This document shows positions 9,349 to 19,415 of a stretch of 64,000 nt of DNA, one piece after another. Made by a program: the position numbers and the translations under genes. Location of the stretch: the NCBI GenBank assembly GCA_043808785.1, contig JAZDEL010000001.1, positions 130,122 through 194,121 of the forward strand. The letters are read 5' to 3'. The stretch's first letter is position 1. Each line of letters opens with the position of its first letter. Below the pieces are notes generated by a model that worked only from the letters and a program-made list of their open reading frames with translations, was not told where the DNA came from and made no database searches. This DNA comes from Candidatus Iainarchaeum sp. Its GTDB lineage: Archaea; Iainarchaeota; Iainarchaeia; Iainarchaeales; JAZDEL01.

Positions 9349-11306
9349 TTTTTGTTCGCCCCCTTCGCGCTTCCGCCGCTGTCCGCCCTTTCAATCCCCT
9401 TTCCCGCTCCGCCTGCCGTGTCCGCCTTGCCTCCCTTACTCCCTTTCCCCCCGCCTTTCCCAAGCCTCTTAAGTTCCTTGTTTATTTCCCCGAGCCTGGC
9501 GTCGCATTTCTGCATAGTGCCCTCGAATTCCTCGCGCCCCATATTAAGCTTGTTAAAGTAACGGTCCTCTATCTCGCGCCTCCTTGCCCTGATGCCCGCG
9601 GCCTCCTTCTCCAGCCTGCCTATGCCGCGCCTCCTGCCGAAGAAATATATTGCCGACTGCATCACGATAAGCAGTGCCGCGATTCCGGCAAGTATTGCGG
9701 GGAGGTTTTGCATAAGCAAGTATGAAAGCGCAACCCCTGAAACGTCGAGTTCCCTTTCGGCAATGCCCATGTTTCCGTATGCGTCCTCCGCAATCACGGT
9801 TATCTTAACGCGCCCGGCGTCATCCTCCCTGAAAACATATTCCTGCCTGCAGCGCCCGGTTTCCACCATCGGCATGGAGATGTTCCTGTCGTAAACTGCA
9901 AGCGTGCATGACGCATTTTCCGCGAGTTCGCCCCACGGATATGAAACCCTTGCGGAGAATGCGGCACTTTCCCCTATTTCGAAGTGTATTGCCGCGGGGT
10001 CGGTTATCTCCACGGAAAGTTCGGTTTCCTTTATCGCGGCCTCGAAAGTTTTCGTGCCGCTGCGCCTGCTGCCGTTGTCGTCCCTTACCGCGTTCAGGGT
10101 AAACTCCTGCGTGCCAGCGGGCATCGAAACCCCGACATTATAAACGCCCTCATACTTCCCCTCGCCCGCGCCGTCGAGCAGAACTGTCCCGCCGTTCGGA
10201 AGCGCCACTGAAACCGTTGCGCCGTCGAATGCCGCCCCGCCCGCGTCCTTCACCACGACGCTGAACAGCATCTCCTCACCCCTTGCATATTCCGCTTTGA
10301 GCGCGCCAAGCAGCTCCACCGAGAGGAATGCCGCCCTGTTCGGGTCTATGAGGCCTATCTCCTTCCCGAACCTGCCGTGGTTGCCGTAACTGTCGCTGCA
10401 GTTTATGTCCACAGTAACCTTCCTGGCCTTGTCAAGTATGCTTGTGCGGTACTGCGTTTGGAAGCTTCCGTCGGATGAGGAGGTTACGGATTCCGAGAAA
10501 ATCGGGCTCGAGCCCGAGAGTATCCTTATGTCAACAGGCACCTCCGCAGGCTTGCCGCCCTTGCTCACTTTTCCGGAAACCGAAACAGTGCCGCCGAGCA
10601 CATAATTTTCATTCAGGGAAGCGGATATTTCCAGGACATCGGTTATGGTTATTGCAGTCTCGGCGCTCGATTTTACGCCCTTGAATTCGCCGTTTACCTT
10701 TACATCATGCCCCCCCGGTTCGGCGTTAAGGTTTATGTCCACGCGTGCCGCGCTTATGTTGTCGCCGAATGCCGCGTCCTCGTGCGCCCCGTCGTTGTAG
10801 AATTCCGCCCTTTCAAAAGGCCCTGTTGCGGACAGTTTTGCCGAGGGGATCTTCCTGCCGTTTGCCGTGGCCTGCACTTTTATCAGTATGCTGTCTCCGC
10901 GGAAGTAGGTTGCCGCCGCCGCGGGCTCCATAATCGTGAGTTCAAGGCTTGTCGGGTCGCAGTCCGAGGGGCAGTTTGCGTAACCCTCACTGCCCTCGCA
11001 TACTTCGTTGCCGCAGCAGTTTGCCACGGTAACAAGCCTGCAGCTCCCGCTCACGCACCGGTAATTGCGGCACAGTTTTTCCGGAACCCTGTCGGCGCAA
11101 ATGCCGCAGTCCCCGGGGCAGCCGCACATGTCCTCCTCGCCGTTGCAAATGCCGTCGCCGCATGTCGCCGCATATGCCGGCGGCAGGGCAATAATCGCCG
11201 CAAGGAAAATTGCAGTAACCGCCAATTTGGGATTCATTTTATCGCACCGTGCACAAGCAAGTGCGGCAAAAACAAAAAACCGCCGCACCATGCCGCATTT
11301 TGACAC
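9345..11306 (-). CDS. Cys-rich surface protein with the same architecture (signal peptide, Cys-rich module, Ig-like domains, TM, cytoplasmic tail)
   Basis: Signal peptide; CGDGICNGEEDMCGCPGDCGIC...CCGNEVCEG Cys module; C-terminal TM; tail DRYFNKL...RLGEINKELKRLGKGGG that is paralogous to the tail of the 8164-9348 protein. Confidence 0.7.
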   Translation of the reverse strand: MSKCGMVRRFFVFAALACARCDKMNPKLAVTAIFLAAIIALPPAYAATCGDGICNGEEDMCGCPGDCGICADRVPEKLCRNYRCVSGSCRLVTVANCCGNEVCEGSEGYANCPSDCDPTSLELTIMEPAAAATYFRGDSILIKVQATANGRKIPSAKLSATGPFERAEFYNDGAHEDAAFGDNISAARVDINLNAEPGGHDVKVNGEFKGVKSSAETAITITDVLEISASLNENYVLGGTVSVSGKVSKGGKPAEVPVDIRILSGSSPIFSESVTSSSDGSFQTQYRTSILDKARKVTVDINCSDSYGNHGRFGKEIGLIDPNRAAFLSVELLGALKAEYARGEEMLFSVVVKDAGGAAFDGATVSVALPNGGTVLLDGAGEGKYEGVYNVGVSMPAGTQEFTLNAVRDDNGSRRSGTKTFEAAIKETELSVEITDPAAIHFEIGESAAFSARVSYPWGELAENASCTLAVYDRNISMPMVETGRCRQEYVFREDDAGRVKITVIAEDAYGNMGIAERELDVSGVALSYLLMQNLPAILAGIAALLIVMQSAIYFFGRRRGIGRLEKEAAGIRARRREIEDRYFNKLNMGREEFEGTMQKCDARLGEINKELKRLGKGGGKGSKGGKADTAGGAGKGIERADSGGSAKGANKK

Positions 11307-11397
11307 TTAATATATATAAAAGGTGATATTTATTGGTTATGCTCGCGCCGCCGCTTGCCTTCCGCGCTTTTTTTATCGCGGTAGAATAGGTTTATAT

Positions 11398-11895
11398 ATG
11401 AGTTTCTACCCTACAATAGGAATGGTTCTTAAAAATTCGGGAGCAAATTTCGCTGCGGTTGCAATTCTTGTTGCCGCGCTCGCTGTGGGCGGGTATTTTG
11501 TTTTTGTACAGCCCGCATTGCAGCCCGCAAACGGCGGGGCGCAGCCATCCTTTCAGGGCGGTGCAGGCCCGCTTGTGGAGCGTTCGTTTTCAACGGGAAC
11601 CCTGAGTGAAGGGCAAACCCTTACAGTGACCATTAAGGTCAGTACAGGCGGCGCCACATACTACGCCTTTGACGAGGTTCTGCCCGAGGGCTGGGTTGCG
11701 GTGAACACAGGCCTTTCAACCGAGCACATCGGGCACGCAAAGATGGTAGTTATAGAGGGTGCGGCAGATGCCACGTTCAGTTACGATGTCGTGGTGTCGG
11801 GAAAGGGCGCCAGGGCTTTTTCGGGCGGGTATATGTTCGAGGGCATGGCGAACGAGTCCGCGATAGCGGGCTCCTCAAGCGTCACTGTCCAGTAG
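11398..11895 (+). CDS. Small secreted or membrane-anchored protein carrying a ~100-aa domain also found at the N-terminus of the 12106-14328 protein
   Basis: A strong TATA (atatatataaaa at ~11320 and tttatatat at 11391) with an N-terminal hydrophobic segment. The shared motif is YYA.DE.LP.GW..V...FSG...FEG....I.G.SSV. An alternative leaderless start is at 11422. Confidence 0.5.
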   Translation: MSFYPTIGMVLKNSGANFAAVAILVAALAVGGYFVFVQPALQPANGGAQPSFQGGAGPLVERSFSTGTLSEGQTLTVTIKVSTGGATYYAFDEVLPEGWVAVNTGLSTEHIGHAKMVVIEGAADATFSYDVVVSGKGARAFSGGYMFEGMANESAIAGSSSVTVQ

Positions 11896-12105
11896 CGCTG
11901 CGGAATTTCCCCGTAATTAATGTGCAGGCATTTTATTCGGCACGAATATGTGCCGTGAATGCCCGCTGGCGGATATTTTGCCGCATAGCCTGCGGATATT
12001 TTGTTGCGCGCGGCGCGTGCAAATTTCATATTTCGCATATGTGCGGGCTTTGGGCGCATGCCAACTTTTATATATTGCTTCATCCATTATTAACGGTGGT
12101 TGACG

Positions 12106-14328
12106 ATGGCTTTCATATTGCGCAAAAATGAGGCCGCGTTGCTTTTTATTTCAATGCTCCTGGCTGCTGCAGGGCTGATGCTTGCCCTGCAGGATTCCCG
12201 CACGCTCGGATTTTTCAGCATTTTCCTTACGGGAGACAGCGTAACCCGTTCTTTCTCTTCCACAAACCTGGTTGCAGGCAGCACACTGACAGTTTACCTT
12301 AATGTTGATATCGGCACCGCGGGCTATTACGCGCTTGAGGACCATCTCCCAAGCGGATGGACGGTTGTTCCCGGCTCGACAAACATGTACACCGACCAGG
12401 CGGGCGTTGTAAAATGGCTGGTTTACCAGAATCCCGTGGACACGACCCTTTCATACCAGACGGTTGTGCCTGCCGGCGCTTCCGGCGACTACTCGTTTTC
12501 GGGCACATGCCTTTTCGAGGGCAGCGGCGAAACCACTATCCTGGGGCAGTCCTCGGTGAATGTGGGCGGCATGGACAGTACGCCGCCCGTAATCAGCAAT
12601 GTTTCCGCAGTGGTTTCCGATTCTGGCACGGGCGCAACTGTTTCATGGTCGACGGATGAGGACAGCAATTCGAAGGCGGATTACGGGCTTTCAACAGCCT
12701 ACGGGCAGCAGGTTTCGAGCCCCGTTATGGTGCCTGCACATTCGCTTCCAATAGGCTCGCTGCAGCCCGGTACCGCGGATAAGGCATACCATTACAAGGT
12801 AACGAGCGCGGATGCCTCGGGAAACAGCGCAACAAGTCCGGATTACACATTCACAATCCCCGCATTGTGTGCCGACGGGCCGATATCGGGCACGTGCATA
12901 TGCGGCGGCTCGACAAAGTCTTCCGGCTATTGCTGTTCGGGTTTCTGGCAGGCAAATGACTGCACATCCCCGCCCGAACCATGTGCGGAAGGGGAAATAA
13001 CCGGCGGCACCTGTGTATGCGGCCAAATTACCGCAGGCAACGGATACTGCTGTTCGGGCGCATGGCAGGATGGCGCCTGCGGCGGCGAGAATGGCGGCGG
13101 AGGAGGCGGCGGAGGCGGAGGAGGCTCCTCGATTTACTACGCCGCGGACAAGGACAGGGACGGGGTAGGTGACTGCCCGGGCAGCATCGACAAGAACCAG
13201 GCTGAGAAGTCAACCGCAACCGTGCAGCAGGAGATTGCGGAATCCGTAAAGCTGAAAAGAAACCTGCCATACTTTAAATACCTGACCCGCGGCAAGGTTA
13301 CGACTGTTTATTACACCGCGGGAATTGACTGCGACTGCAACCCGATGCAGAGGTTTATAGGGATCTGCAGGAACAACACCGCATGTAGGGGCGGCAAATG
13401 TGTTGTTGCCGAAGCCGGCAGCCCGGGGGGGGACCTGATAGAGGGCCTGGGCGGGGATGCGGATAAAACCTCGATATTCTCGAAATCTTTCGAAACTGTG
13501 GCCGCAGCCGAGGGCATACGTGCCGTGCTTGGAGAGGCGGGCTATGGCTCGGCGGAAATCAGGTATGCCGAGGCTGTTGCAGGCAGGCTGAAGTTCACAA
13601 GGAAAATAGAGGTTTTTAAGATTGCGGGCATTGACGGAAACGTGAGCCATAGTTCGCTCATAACGATTTCCGCGAAGAACGAGGTCGGAACAAACCTTAC
13701 CAATATTGTCGTGCTTGAGAAGGCCCCGAAATCCATTGCGCAGAATATTTCGGAAATATACAGCGACTTCGCATTCAACACGTATGTCAACGACCCGGTT
13801 ATTGAATTCCCGCTCGGCGACATGAATGCGGGCGGGGAGTCGGCGGTTTCTTACTCCGTGAGGCGCGACATAACCGGAACATATTCCGATTTCATGGCGC
13901 CTGTTGCGCTCAGCCTTGACGAAACCGAGCCGCCCGCCTGCGAGTGCAACGACAATAACCCGTGCACAACCGACGGCTGCAACGCCGACGGGAGCTGCAC
14001 GCATCCGGACGTCCGGGACGGCATAAAGTGCGGGGAGGGGGGAAGCTGCATGAAGGGCGCCTGCACAAAGGAGGAGGGCGGTTTCGGTTCCGCGGGCCTG
14101 CTTGCCATAGGGCTGGCGATACTGATGCTTGTGCTGCTTGTGGGCGGCATAGTTTTAAGGCACGGCAAAGGCGGTGCCGAAACGGAAATTCCGAAAGCCG
14201 CGCCCGTGCGAACCCCAAGCGTGCGTGATGCGGAAAAACAGGCCCATGCAAAAAAAGCGGGCGAAAATGATCCTTGGAAAACCAAGGCAAACCCGGGCGG
14301 AGCGGAAATTATAGAAGAGGATGCGTAA
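12106..14328 (+). CDS. Multidomain surface protein: N-terminal shared domain, FN3-like domain, two Cys-rich repeats, Gly-rich linker, surface V.E.IPK...NAGGE domain, Cys-rich module, TM anchor and cytoplasmic tail
   Basis: TATA ttttatatatt at 12066; ATG at 12106. It carries CxxGTCxCG...GYCCSG repeats, a poly-Gly linker, the same conserved domain as the giant protein, and a C-terminal TM helix LLAIGLAILMLVLLVGGIVL. Confidence 0.7.
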   Translation: MAFILRKNEAALLFISMLLAAAGLMLALQDSRTLGFFSIFLTGDSVTRSFSSTNLVAGSTLTVYLNVDIGTAGYYALEDHLPSGWTVVPGSTNMYTDQAGVVKWLVYQNPVDTTLSYQTVVPAGASGDYSFSGTCLFEGSGETTILGQSSVNVGGMDSTPPVISNVSAVVSDSGTGATVSWSTDEDSNSKADYGLSTAYGQQVSSPVMVPAHSLPIGSLQPGTADKAYHYKVTSADASGNSATSPDYTFTIPALCADGPISGTCICGGSTKSSGYCCSGFWQANDCTSPPEPCAEGEITGGTCVCGQITAGNGYCCSGAWQDGACGGENGGGGGGGGGGGSSIYYAADKDRDGVGDCPGSIDKNQAEKSTATVQQEIAESVKLKRNLPYFKYLTRGKVTTVYYTAGIDCDCNPMQRFIGICRNNTACRGGKCVVAEAGSPGGDLIEGLGGDADKTSIFSKSFETVAAAEGIRAVLGEAGYGSAEIRYAEAVAGRLKFTRKIEVFKIAGIDGNVSHSSLITISAKNEVGTNLTNIVVLEKAPKSIAQNISEIYSDFAFNTYVNDPVIEFPLGDMNAGGESAVSYSVRRDITGTYSDFMAPVALSLDETEPPACECNDNNPCTTDGCNADGSCTHPDVRDGIKCGEGGSCMKGACTKEEGGFGSAGLLAIGLAILMLVLLVGGIVLRHGKGGAETEIPKAAPVRTPSVRDAEKQAHAKKAGENDPWKTKANPGGAEIIEEDA

Positions 14329-14361
14329 TCCGCCGCGGGTTCATGGCTGCAGGGTATTGCG

Positions 14362-14985
14362 ATGCTCTACAAAAACCGCGAGAGGCTTGAAAAATACTCC
14401 CTCAAGGTCGGCATGCTGTTCTCGCGCTTCGGCATTTCCCCGAACGCCTGGACGCTGATGAGCCTTATTCCCGCGTTCATTGCGTTTTATTTCCTGCTTG
14501 GGGGCGCGGCACAGAATTTTTTGCTTGCCGCGTTTTTCTTCATGCTTGCCGCCTTTCTGGACCTTATTGACGGGGGCGTTGCGCGCGTCACCGGCAGGGT
14601 GACGAAATTCGGCGCCTACCTTGACACGATTGCGGACAGGGTTGTCGAGGCCGCAATAGCGTTTGGCCTCCTGCTTGCAGCGCTTCCGGGGTTCATAATC
14701 CCCGCTTATGCATGGGTTTTCCTGTATTTCTGCGGCTCAAGTTTGACGACATACGCAAAGAGCGCTGCAAAGGAGAAGGGGCTGGTGGAAGCGGAACTGC
14801 GGGGCGGCATACTTGAGAGGGCCGAGCGCCTTTCCCTGCTTTTTTTGGGCATTCTCTTCGCTTCCGTGAACCCGCTCTGGCTTGTTTACATGCTTGCCCT
14901 GCTTGCCGTGCTTTCAAACATAACCGCGCTTCAGAGGGTTGCGATTGCCGCGCGCACATCCGCGGCAAATGCAAAAAAAACATAG
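14362..14985 (+). CDS. CDP-alcohol phosphatidyltransferase, archaetidylinositol-phosphate synthase-like
   Basis: The motif DLIDGGVAR-x8-G-x3-D-x3-D in a ~200-aa polytopic protein. Confidence 0.8.
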   Translation: MLYKNRERLEKYSLKVGMLFSRFGISPNAWTLMSLIPAFIAFYFLLGGAAQNFLLAAFFFMLAAFLDLIDGGVARVTGRVTKFGAYLDTIADRVVEAAIAFGLLLAALPGFIIPAYAWVFLYFCGSSLTTYAKSAAKEKGLVEAELRGGILERAERLSLLFLGILFASVNPLWLVYMLALLAVLSNITALQRVAIAARTSAANAKKT

Positions 14986-15054
14986 CCTGTGCCGCGGGTT
15001 CCCGCCTGTGCAGCGCGACAAAACACAATTTAAACAGTTGGTTCCTAATTCTAA

Positions 15055-16968
15055 ATGGTTTCCATGGAGCCTGATTATGCGAAAATAGGCCTCAAGGCGG
15101 GGCTTGAGGTTCACCAGCAGCTCAACACCGGCAAGCTTTTCTGCAGGTGCCCCTCAAAACTGCGGGAGGATCCCGCGGCGATAAAATTCGGGAGAAGGCT
15201 TAATGCAGTTGCCTCGGAAACGGGGGAGTATGACCGTGCCGCGCTCGATGCCGCCAAACTTGCCGCGCTCTACAGTTATGAGGCTTATTCAGACACGAAC
15301 TGCCTTGTCGAGGCGGACGAGGAGCCGCCCGCGCCTCCCGATGCGGAAGCGCTCGACACAGTGCTGGGGGTTTCGCTGCTTGCGGATGCCAGAATTTTCG
15401 ATTCCATTTTCGCAATGAGGAAGCTCATACTTGACGGTTCCGCAACCGCATCCTTCCAGCGCACGATGCTTGTCGCGTGCTGCGGAAAAATCGCGCTTGA
15501 AAGCGGCAAACTTCTCGGGATAGACACTATTGCGCTCGAGGAGGACGCCGCGAAGATTGTCGAGCGCGGCAGCGGGGGTGCGGGGACATACAGGCTTGAC
15601 AGGCTCGGCATTCCGCTCATTGAAATAGCGACAGCGCCGGAACTGCACGCGCCCGAAGAAGTTAAGGATGCCGCCCTTGCAATAGGAAACCTGCTCAGAA
15701 GCACGGGCAGGGCCAAGCGCGGCCTGGGCACGATAAGGCAGGACGTGAATATTTCAATAGCGCAGGGCGCGCGCATCGAGATAAAGGGCGTGCAGGAACT
15801 CGGGCTTATTGATGAATACGTCCGCAGGGAGGTAAGGAGGCAGATGGGCCTTGTTGAGCTTAGGGAGGAACTGAATAAGCGCGGGGTAAGGGAAGGCAGC
15901 CTCTCTGCAAAGCCGCTTGACATAAGCAATGCATTCGCCTCAACAGACTGCGGCTTCATCCGCACCGCCCTCGGCAAGGGTTCCGTTGTCCTTGGCGTGA
16001 AACTTGCGGGCTTCTCGGGGCTGCTCGGCAGGGAACTTATGCCGAATTACCGTTTCGGCACGGAACTTGCGTCAAGGGTCAAGGCAAAGGCAGGGCTTAA
16101 GGGGATAATGCATTCGGACGAGCTGCCCGCACAGGGAATTTCAGGGGGGGAGAAAGGGAAGGCTGCAGAACTGCTTGGCTGTGCAAAGCAGGACGGGTTT
16201 GTTTTCGCTTGCGCGCCGAGGCGGGAGGCGAAACTTGCCATTGCCGCGGTGCTTGAAAGGTGCGCGGAAGCCCTGCACGGCGTGCCCAAGGAAACAAGGA
16301 ACGCCCTGCCCGACGGAAACACGGAATACCTGCGCCCTCTTGCGGGCGCTGCGCGCATGTACCCCGAAACAGACCTTGCGCCTGTTGTTGTCGATGCGAA
16401 AAAGATTGCCGCGCTCAGGAAAAGCCTTCCAATGAGTGCAGCGGAGAGGAAGAAATATTATGTGGCGTCGTTGCACCTTGGGGAAAAACTTGCGGAGAAG
16501 ATGAAACTAAGCAACTATGCGATATTGTTTGAAGAGCTGGCGCGCAGGGGGCATAGCCCCACTGCCGCCGCAGTCCTCCTCCTCGAGGTAATGCCGCGCC
16601 TGCGCAGGGAGGGCACGGATACGGAAGCGATTTCGGAGGAGATGGTAGCAGCGGTGCTTGGCGAGATGAAGAAAGGCAGGCTCAATGCCTCGGCGAGCGT
16701 GCCGTTGCTAAAGGCATGGGCAAATGAACCCGAAAAAACAATTCACGAGTTGCTTGCGGCGCGGGGTTATGCGGGCGAGGCAACAGGCGAAAAGGAACTG
16801 CGCTCCGCTGTTGCAAGGGTTGTTGAGCGCAACATTGCGCTTGTGAACGAGAAGGGCATGCACGCAATGGGTGCGCTGATGGGGGAATTGATGAAGGAGC
16901 TGCGCGGGCGCGTTTCCGGCGGCGAAGCGAGCAGAATACTTAAGGAAGAGATAGGTAAGCGATTATGA
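15055..16968 (+). CDS. gatE: Glutamyl-tRNA(Gln) amidotransferase subunit E
   Basis: N-terminal GLEVHQQLNTGKLFCRCP and the full ~630-aa archaeal GatE layout. Confidence 0.9.
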   Translation: MVSMEPDYAKIGLKAGLEVHQQLNTGKLFCRCPSKLREDPAAIKFGRRLNAVASETGEYDRAALDAAKLAALYSYEAYSDTNCLVEADEEPPAPPDAEALDTVLGVSLLADARIFDSIFAMRKLILDGSATASFQRTMLVACCGKIALESGKLLGIDTIALEEDAAKIVERGSGGAGTYRLDRLGIPLIEIATAPELHAPEEVKDAALAIGNLLRSTGRAKRGLGTIRQDVNISIAQGARIEIKGVQELGLIDEYVRREVRRQMGLVELREELNKRGVREGSLSAKPLDISNAFASTDCGFIRTALGKGSVVLGVKLAGFSGLLGRELMPNYRFGTELASRVKAKAGLKGIMHSDELPAQGISGGEKGKAAELLGCAKQDGFVFACAPRREAKLAIAAVLERCAEALHGVPKETRNALPDGNTEYLRPLAGAARMYPETDLAPVVVDAKKIAALRKSLPMSAAERKKYYVASLHLGEKLAEKMKLSNYAILFEELARRGHSPTAAAVLLLEVMPRLRREGTDTEAISEEMVAAVLGEMKKGRLNASASVPLLKAWANEPEKTIHELLAARGYAGEATGEKELRSAVARVVERNIALVNEKGMHAMGALMGELMKELRGRVSGGEASRILKEEIGKRL

Positions 16969-17825
16969 CTGCCGCAAGAACTTCTTTCGCGGACGTAAAG
17001 GCGTGCTACAAGAGGCGCAGCCCATATTCCCGCAAGGGCGACAACGGCAGGGTTCTTGTTGTCGGGGGGAGCGATGATTTTTCAGGCGCTCCCGCGCTCG
17101 CTGCAATGGGAGCGCTTGCGGCGCTGCGCACAGGCGCCGACCTCGCGGTAATTGCCGCCCCTGAAAAAGCGGGGTGGGCGATGAGTGAGTACAGTCCAGA
17201 TGTAATTGTGAAGAAGTTCAGAGGGCGCGTGTTCGCGCCTGCGCATGCCGCCAAAATAGCAAAACTTTCGCAGGGTTTTGATTCCGTGCTCATCGGGCCC
17301 GGCTTAGGCACCGCGCCCCCAACATTCTCCTTCTGCCGCGCGCTCGCCGGAAAAGTAAAACAGCCGATGGTTGCGGATGCGGACGCGCTCAAGGCGCTTG
17401 CGGGAACAAGGTTCAGCGGGCGAACCATAATCACGCCGCATTCGGGCGAGTTCGAGATTTTTGCACGCACGAAGCTGCCTCCCCCTGCCGCCGTTTCCGC
17501 ACGTGCAGTGCTTGTTAAACGTGCCGCAAAAAAGCACGGATGCACAATACTCCTGAAAGGGCACGCGGACATAATTTCCGACGGCGCGCGCGTGAAGCTG
17601 AACCGCACGGGCAATGCGGGAATGGCAAAGGGCGGCACAGGGGACGTGCTTGCGGGCATCTGCGCTGCGCTGCTCGCGCTGCATAACGCGCCTTTTGAAG
17701 CCGCGTGCGCCGCGGCATACATAAACGGCAGGGCGGGCGATATCTTATTAAGGAAGAAAGGATATGGGTTTATCGCGGGCGATTTGCCGCAGGCGATCCC
17801 CGAAGTGATAAAAAAATTAAGGTAA
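16965..17825 (+). CDS. ADP-dependent NAD(P)H-hydrate dehydratase (YjeF C-terminal / Nnr-type carbohydrate kinase fold)
   Basis: VLVVGGSDDFSGAPALAAMGALAALRTGADL and GTGDVLAG motifs; overlaps the gatE stop. Confidence 0.8.
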   Translation: MTAARTSFADVKACYKRRSPYSRKGDNGRVLVVGGSDDFSGAPALAAMGALAALRTGADLAVIAAPEKAGWAMSEYSPDVIVKKFRGRVFAPAHAAKIAKLSQGFDSVLIGPGLGTAPPTFSFCRALAGKVKQPMVADADALKALAGTRFSGRTIITPHSGEFEIFARTKLPPPAAVSARAVLVKRAAKKHGCTILLKGHADIISDGARVKLNRTGNAGMAKGGTGDVLAGICAALLALHNAPFEAACAAAYINGRAGDILLRKKGYGFIAGDLPQAIPEVIKKLR

Positions 17826-17830
17826 TAAAG

Positions 17831-18184
17831 ATGCAGGAAAAAATCTACACGGAAAAAAGGCCCTGGGGAAAGTTCACAAGGTTCGTGCACGGCAAAAAGT
17901 GCACCGTTAAAATCATAGAGGTAAAGCCGCGGCAGGCGCTCAGCCTCCAATATCACAAACACCGCTCGGAATTATGGTTCGCCCTTGATTCGGGATTGAA
18001 GGTGCAGCTGGGCAAAAAATCAAAACCAAAAAAATTCGCGGTTGGTTCCGTTGTTCATGTGGGCAAGAAGGTTCCGCACAGGCTTGTCGGCGGTTCAAAA
18101 TTGGCGCGCGTGCTCGAGATTTCAACAGGCGATGTGCGCGAGAATGATATAGTGCGCATCGAGGACAGGTACGGGCGCGCATAA
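17831..18184 (+). CDS. Cupin domain protein, mannose-6-phosphate isomerase type II C-terminal-like
   Basis: EKRPWGKF...LSLQYHKHRSELWF and a C-terminal DI.RIEDRYGR; ATG at 17831. Confidence 0.75.
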   Translation: MQEKIYTEKRPWGKFTRFVHGKKCTVKIIEVKPRQALSLQYHKHRSELWFALDSGLKVQLGKKSKPKKFAVGSVVHVGKKVPHRLVGGSKLARVLEISTGDVRENDIVRIEDRYGRA

Positions 18185-18241
18185 CCGCGCGTGACTGTGT
18201 GCCTTGAGGGCAGGTGCGGTAGGGCGTGACGCCCTTCCGCA

Positions 18242-18421
18242 CTATATTGCTCCCTTCGCCTGCTTCTTCATCTTCCTCATGCACTTCTTGTGCCAGTACC
18301 GGCCCATCCACTTTTTTTCCGTGCCGGCGCCGCCGCAGAGCGAGCACGGCTCGCTGCCGTACTTCGCGCCATCCCGCGCTTCCGCATCATCCTCATTTTT
18401 CATGAATAGCCCCCGAGCCAT
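18242..18421 (-). CDS. Small zinc-ribbon-like protein (hypothetical, 59 aa)
   Basis: ATG at 18421 with GGGG about 10 nt upstream. The protein is CSLCGG...WHKKC and basic, and lies just downstream of carbamate kinase. Confidence 0.3.
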   Translation of the reverse strand: MARGLFMKNEDDAEARDGAKYGSEPCSLCGGAGTEKKWMGRYWHKKCMRKMKKQAKGAI

Positions 18422-18488
18422 TTTCGTTTTCCCCTTCGGCGCCTTTATCGCGCTTAACCAAGCCGTCAAGCAAGCCCATAATCGCACC

Positions 18489-19415
18489 TCACGGGGTTAT
18501 TATCGTGCCCGTTCCGCCCTCAAGCCCCTTAACAAGATTGTCCAGCGAGGTTATTATTACTTTCCTGCCGCCTTTCGAGAGGAAATCGAGCGCTGCCTCC
18601 ACTTTCGGCTTCATGCTGCCCTCGGAAAAATGCCCCGCACGCAGGTATTCCCGCATCCTGCCGGCGCTTACTTTGCGCAGCCTTTCCTGTTTTTTTGTCC
18701 CGTACCCGAGCATAACGTGCCCGACGTCCGTAAGTATCGCCATTGTTTTTATGCCGAGGGAATTCGCGAGCAGTGCCGAGGCGTGGTCCTTGTCTATAAC
18801 GGCCTCAACACCCTTAAGGCGCCGCCCGGTTTTTACCACAGGTATGCCGCCCCCGCCGCACGCGACAACAATGGTTCCGCTGTCCAGCAGTTTCCTTATT
18901 GCCCGCAGTTCCACTATGCCCTTCGGCATCGGGCTCGGCACAACCCGCCTCCAGCCGCGCCCCGCGTCCTCCGCAACCCTGAACCTGTGCGCAAGCGTCC
19001 TCGCCTTCTCCGCGGAATAGAAAGGCCCCACCGGCTTTGTGGGGTTCCCGAATGCCCGGTCGCGTGCATCGACAACAACCTGCGTAACCACGGTTGCAAC
19101 GCCCCTGTGCGGCAGCAGGTTCCGCAGTTCCTGCTGGAGCATATACCCTATCTGCGCCTGCGTCATTGCCACGTCCACATCCAGCGGCATCTCGGGCACC
19201 TCGTCCTTTGCGGCAACCATCTGTATCTGCAGGTTGCCGACCTGCGGGCCGTTGCCGTGCGTTACGACAACCGTGTGCCCCCTCCGCACCAGTTTTGCGA
19301 TATGCCTGCAGGTCCTGCGCACGTTGCGCAGCTGCTCCCCGTGCTTTCCCGCCTCGTGCCGCCTTATCAGCGCGTTGCCGCCCAAGGCGACGAGGATTTT
19401 TTCATGCGCCATCAT
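18489..19415 (-). CDS. arcC: Carbamate kinase
   Basis: ILVALGGNAL...VVTHGNGPQVG...ACGGGGIPV, the classic carbamate kinase signature, in 308 aa. Confidence 0.85.
   Translation of the reverse strand: MMAHEKILVALGGNALIRRHEAGKHGEQLRNVRRTCRHIAKLVRRGHTVVVTHGNGPQVGNLQIQMVAAKDEVPEMPLDVDVAMTQAQIGYMLQQELRNLLPHRGVATVVTQVVVDARDRAFGNPTKPVGPFYSAEKARTLAHRFRVAEDAGRGWRRVVPSPMPKGIVELRAIRKLLDSGTIVVACGGGGIPVVKTGRRLKGVEAVIDKDHASALLANSLGIKTMAILTDVGHVMLGYGTKKQERLRKVSAGRMREYLRAGHFSEGSMKPKVEAALDFLSKGGRKVIITSLDNLVKGLEGGTGTIITP

Noticed and set aside
13081-13130. Run of GGC/GGA codons
   Set aside because: It is an in-frame poly-Gly linker inside the 12106-14328 CDS. It is not a spacer-repeat array or a homopolymer error.
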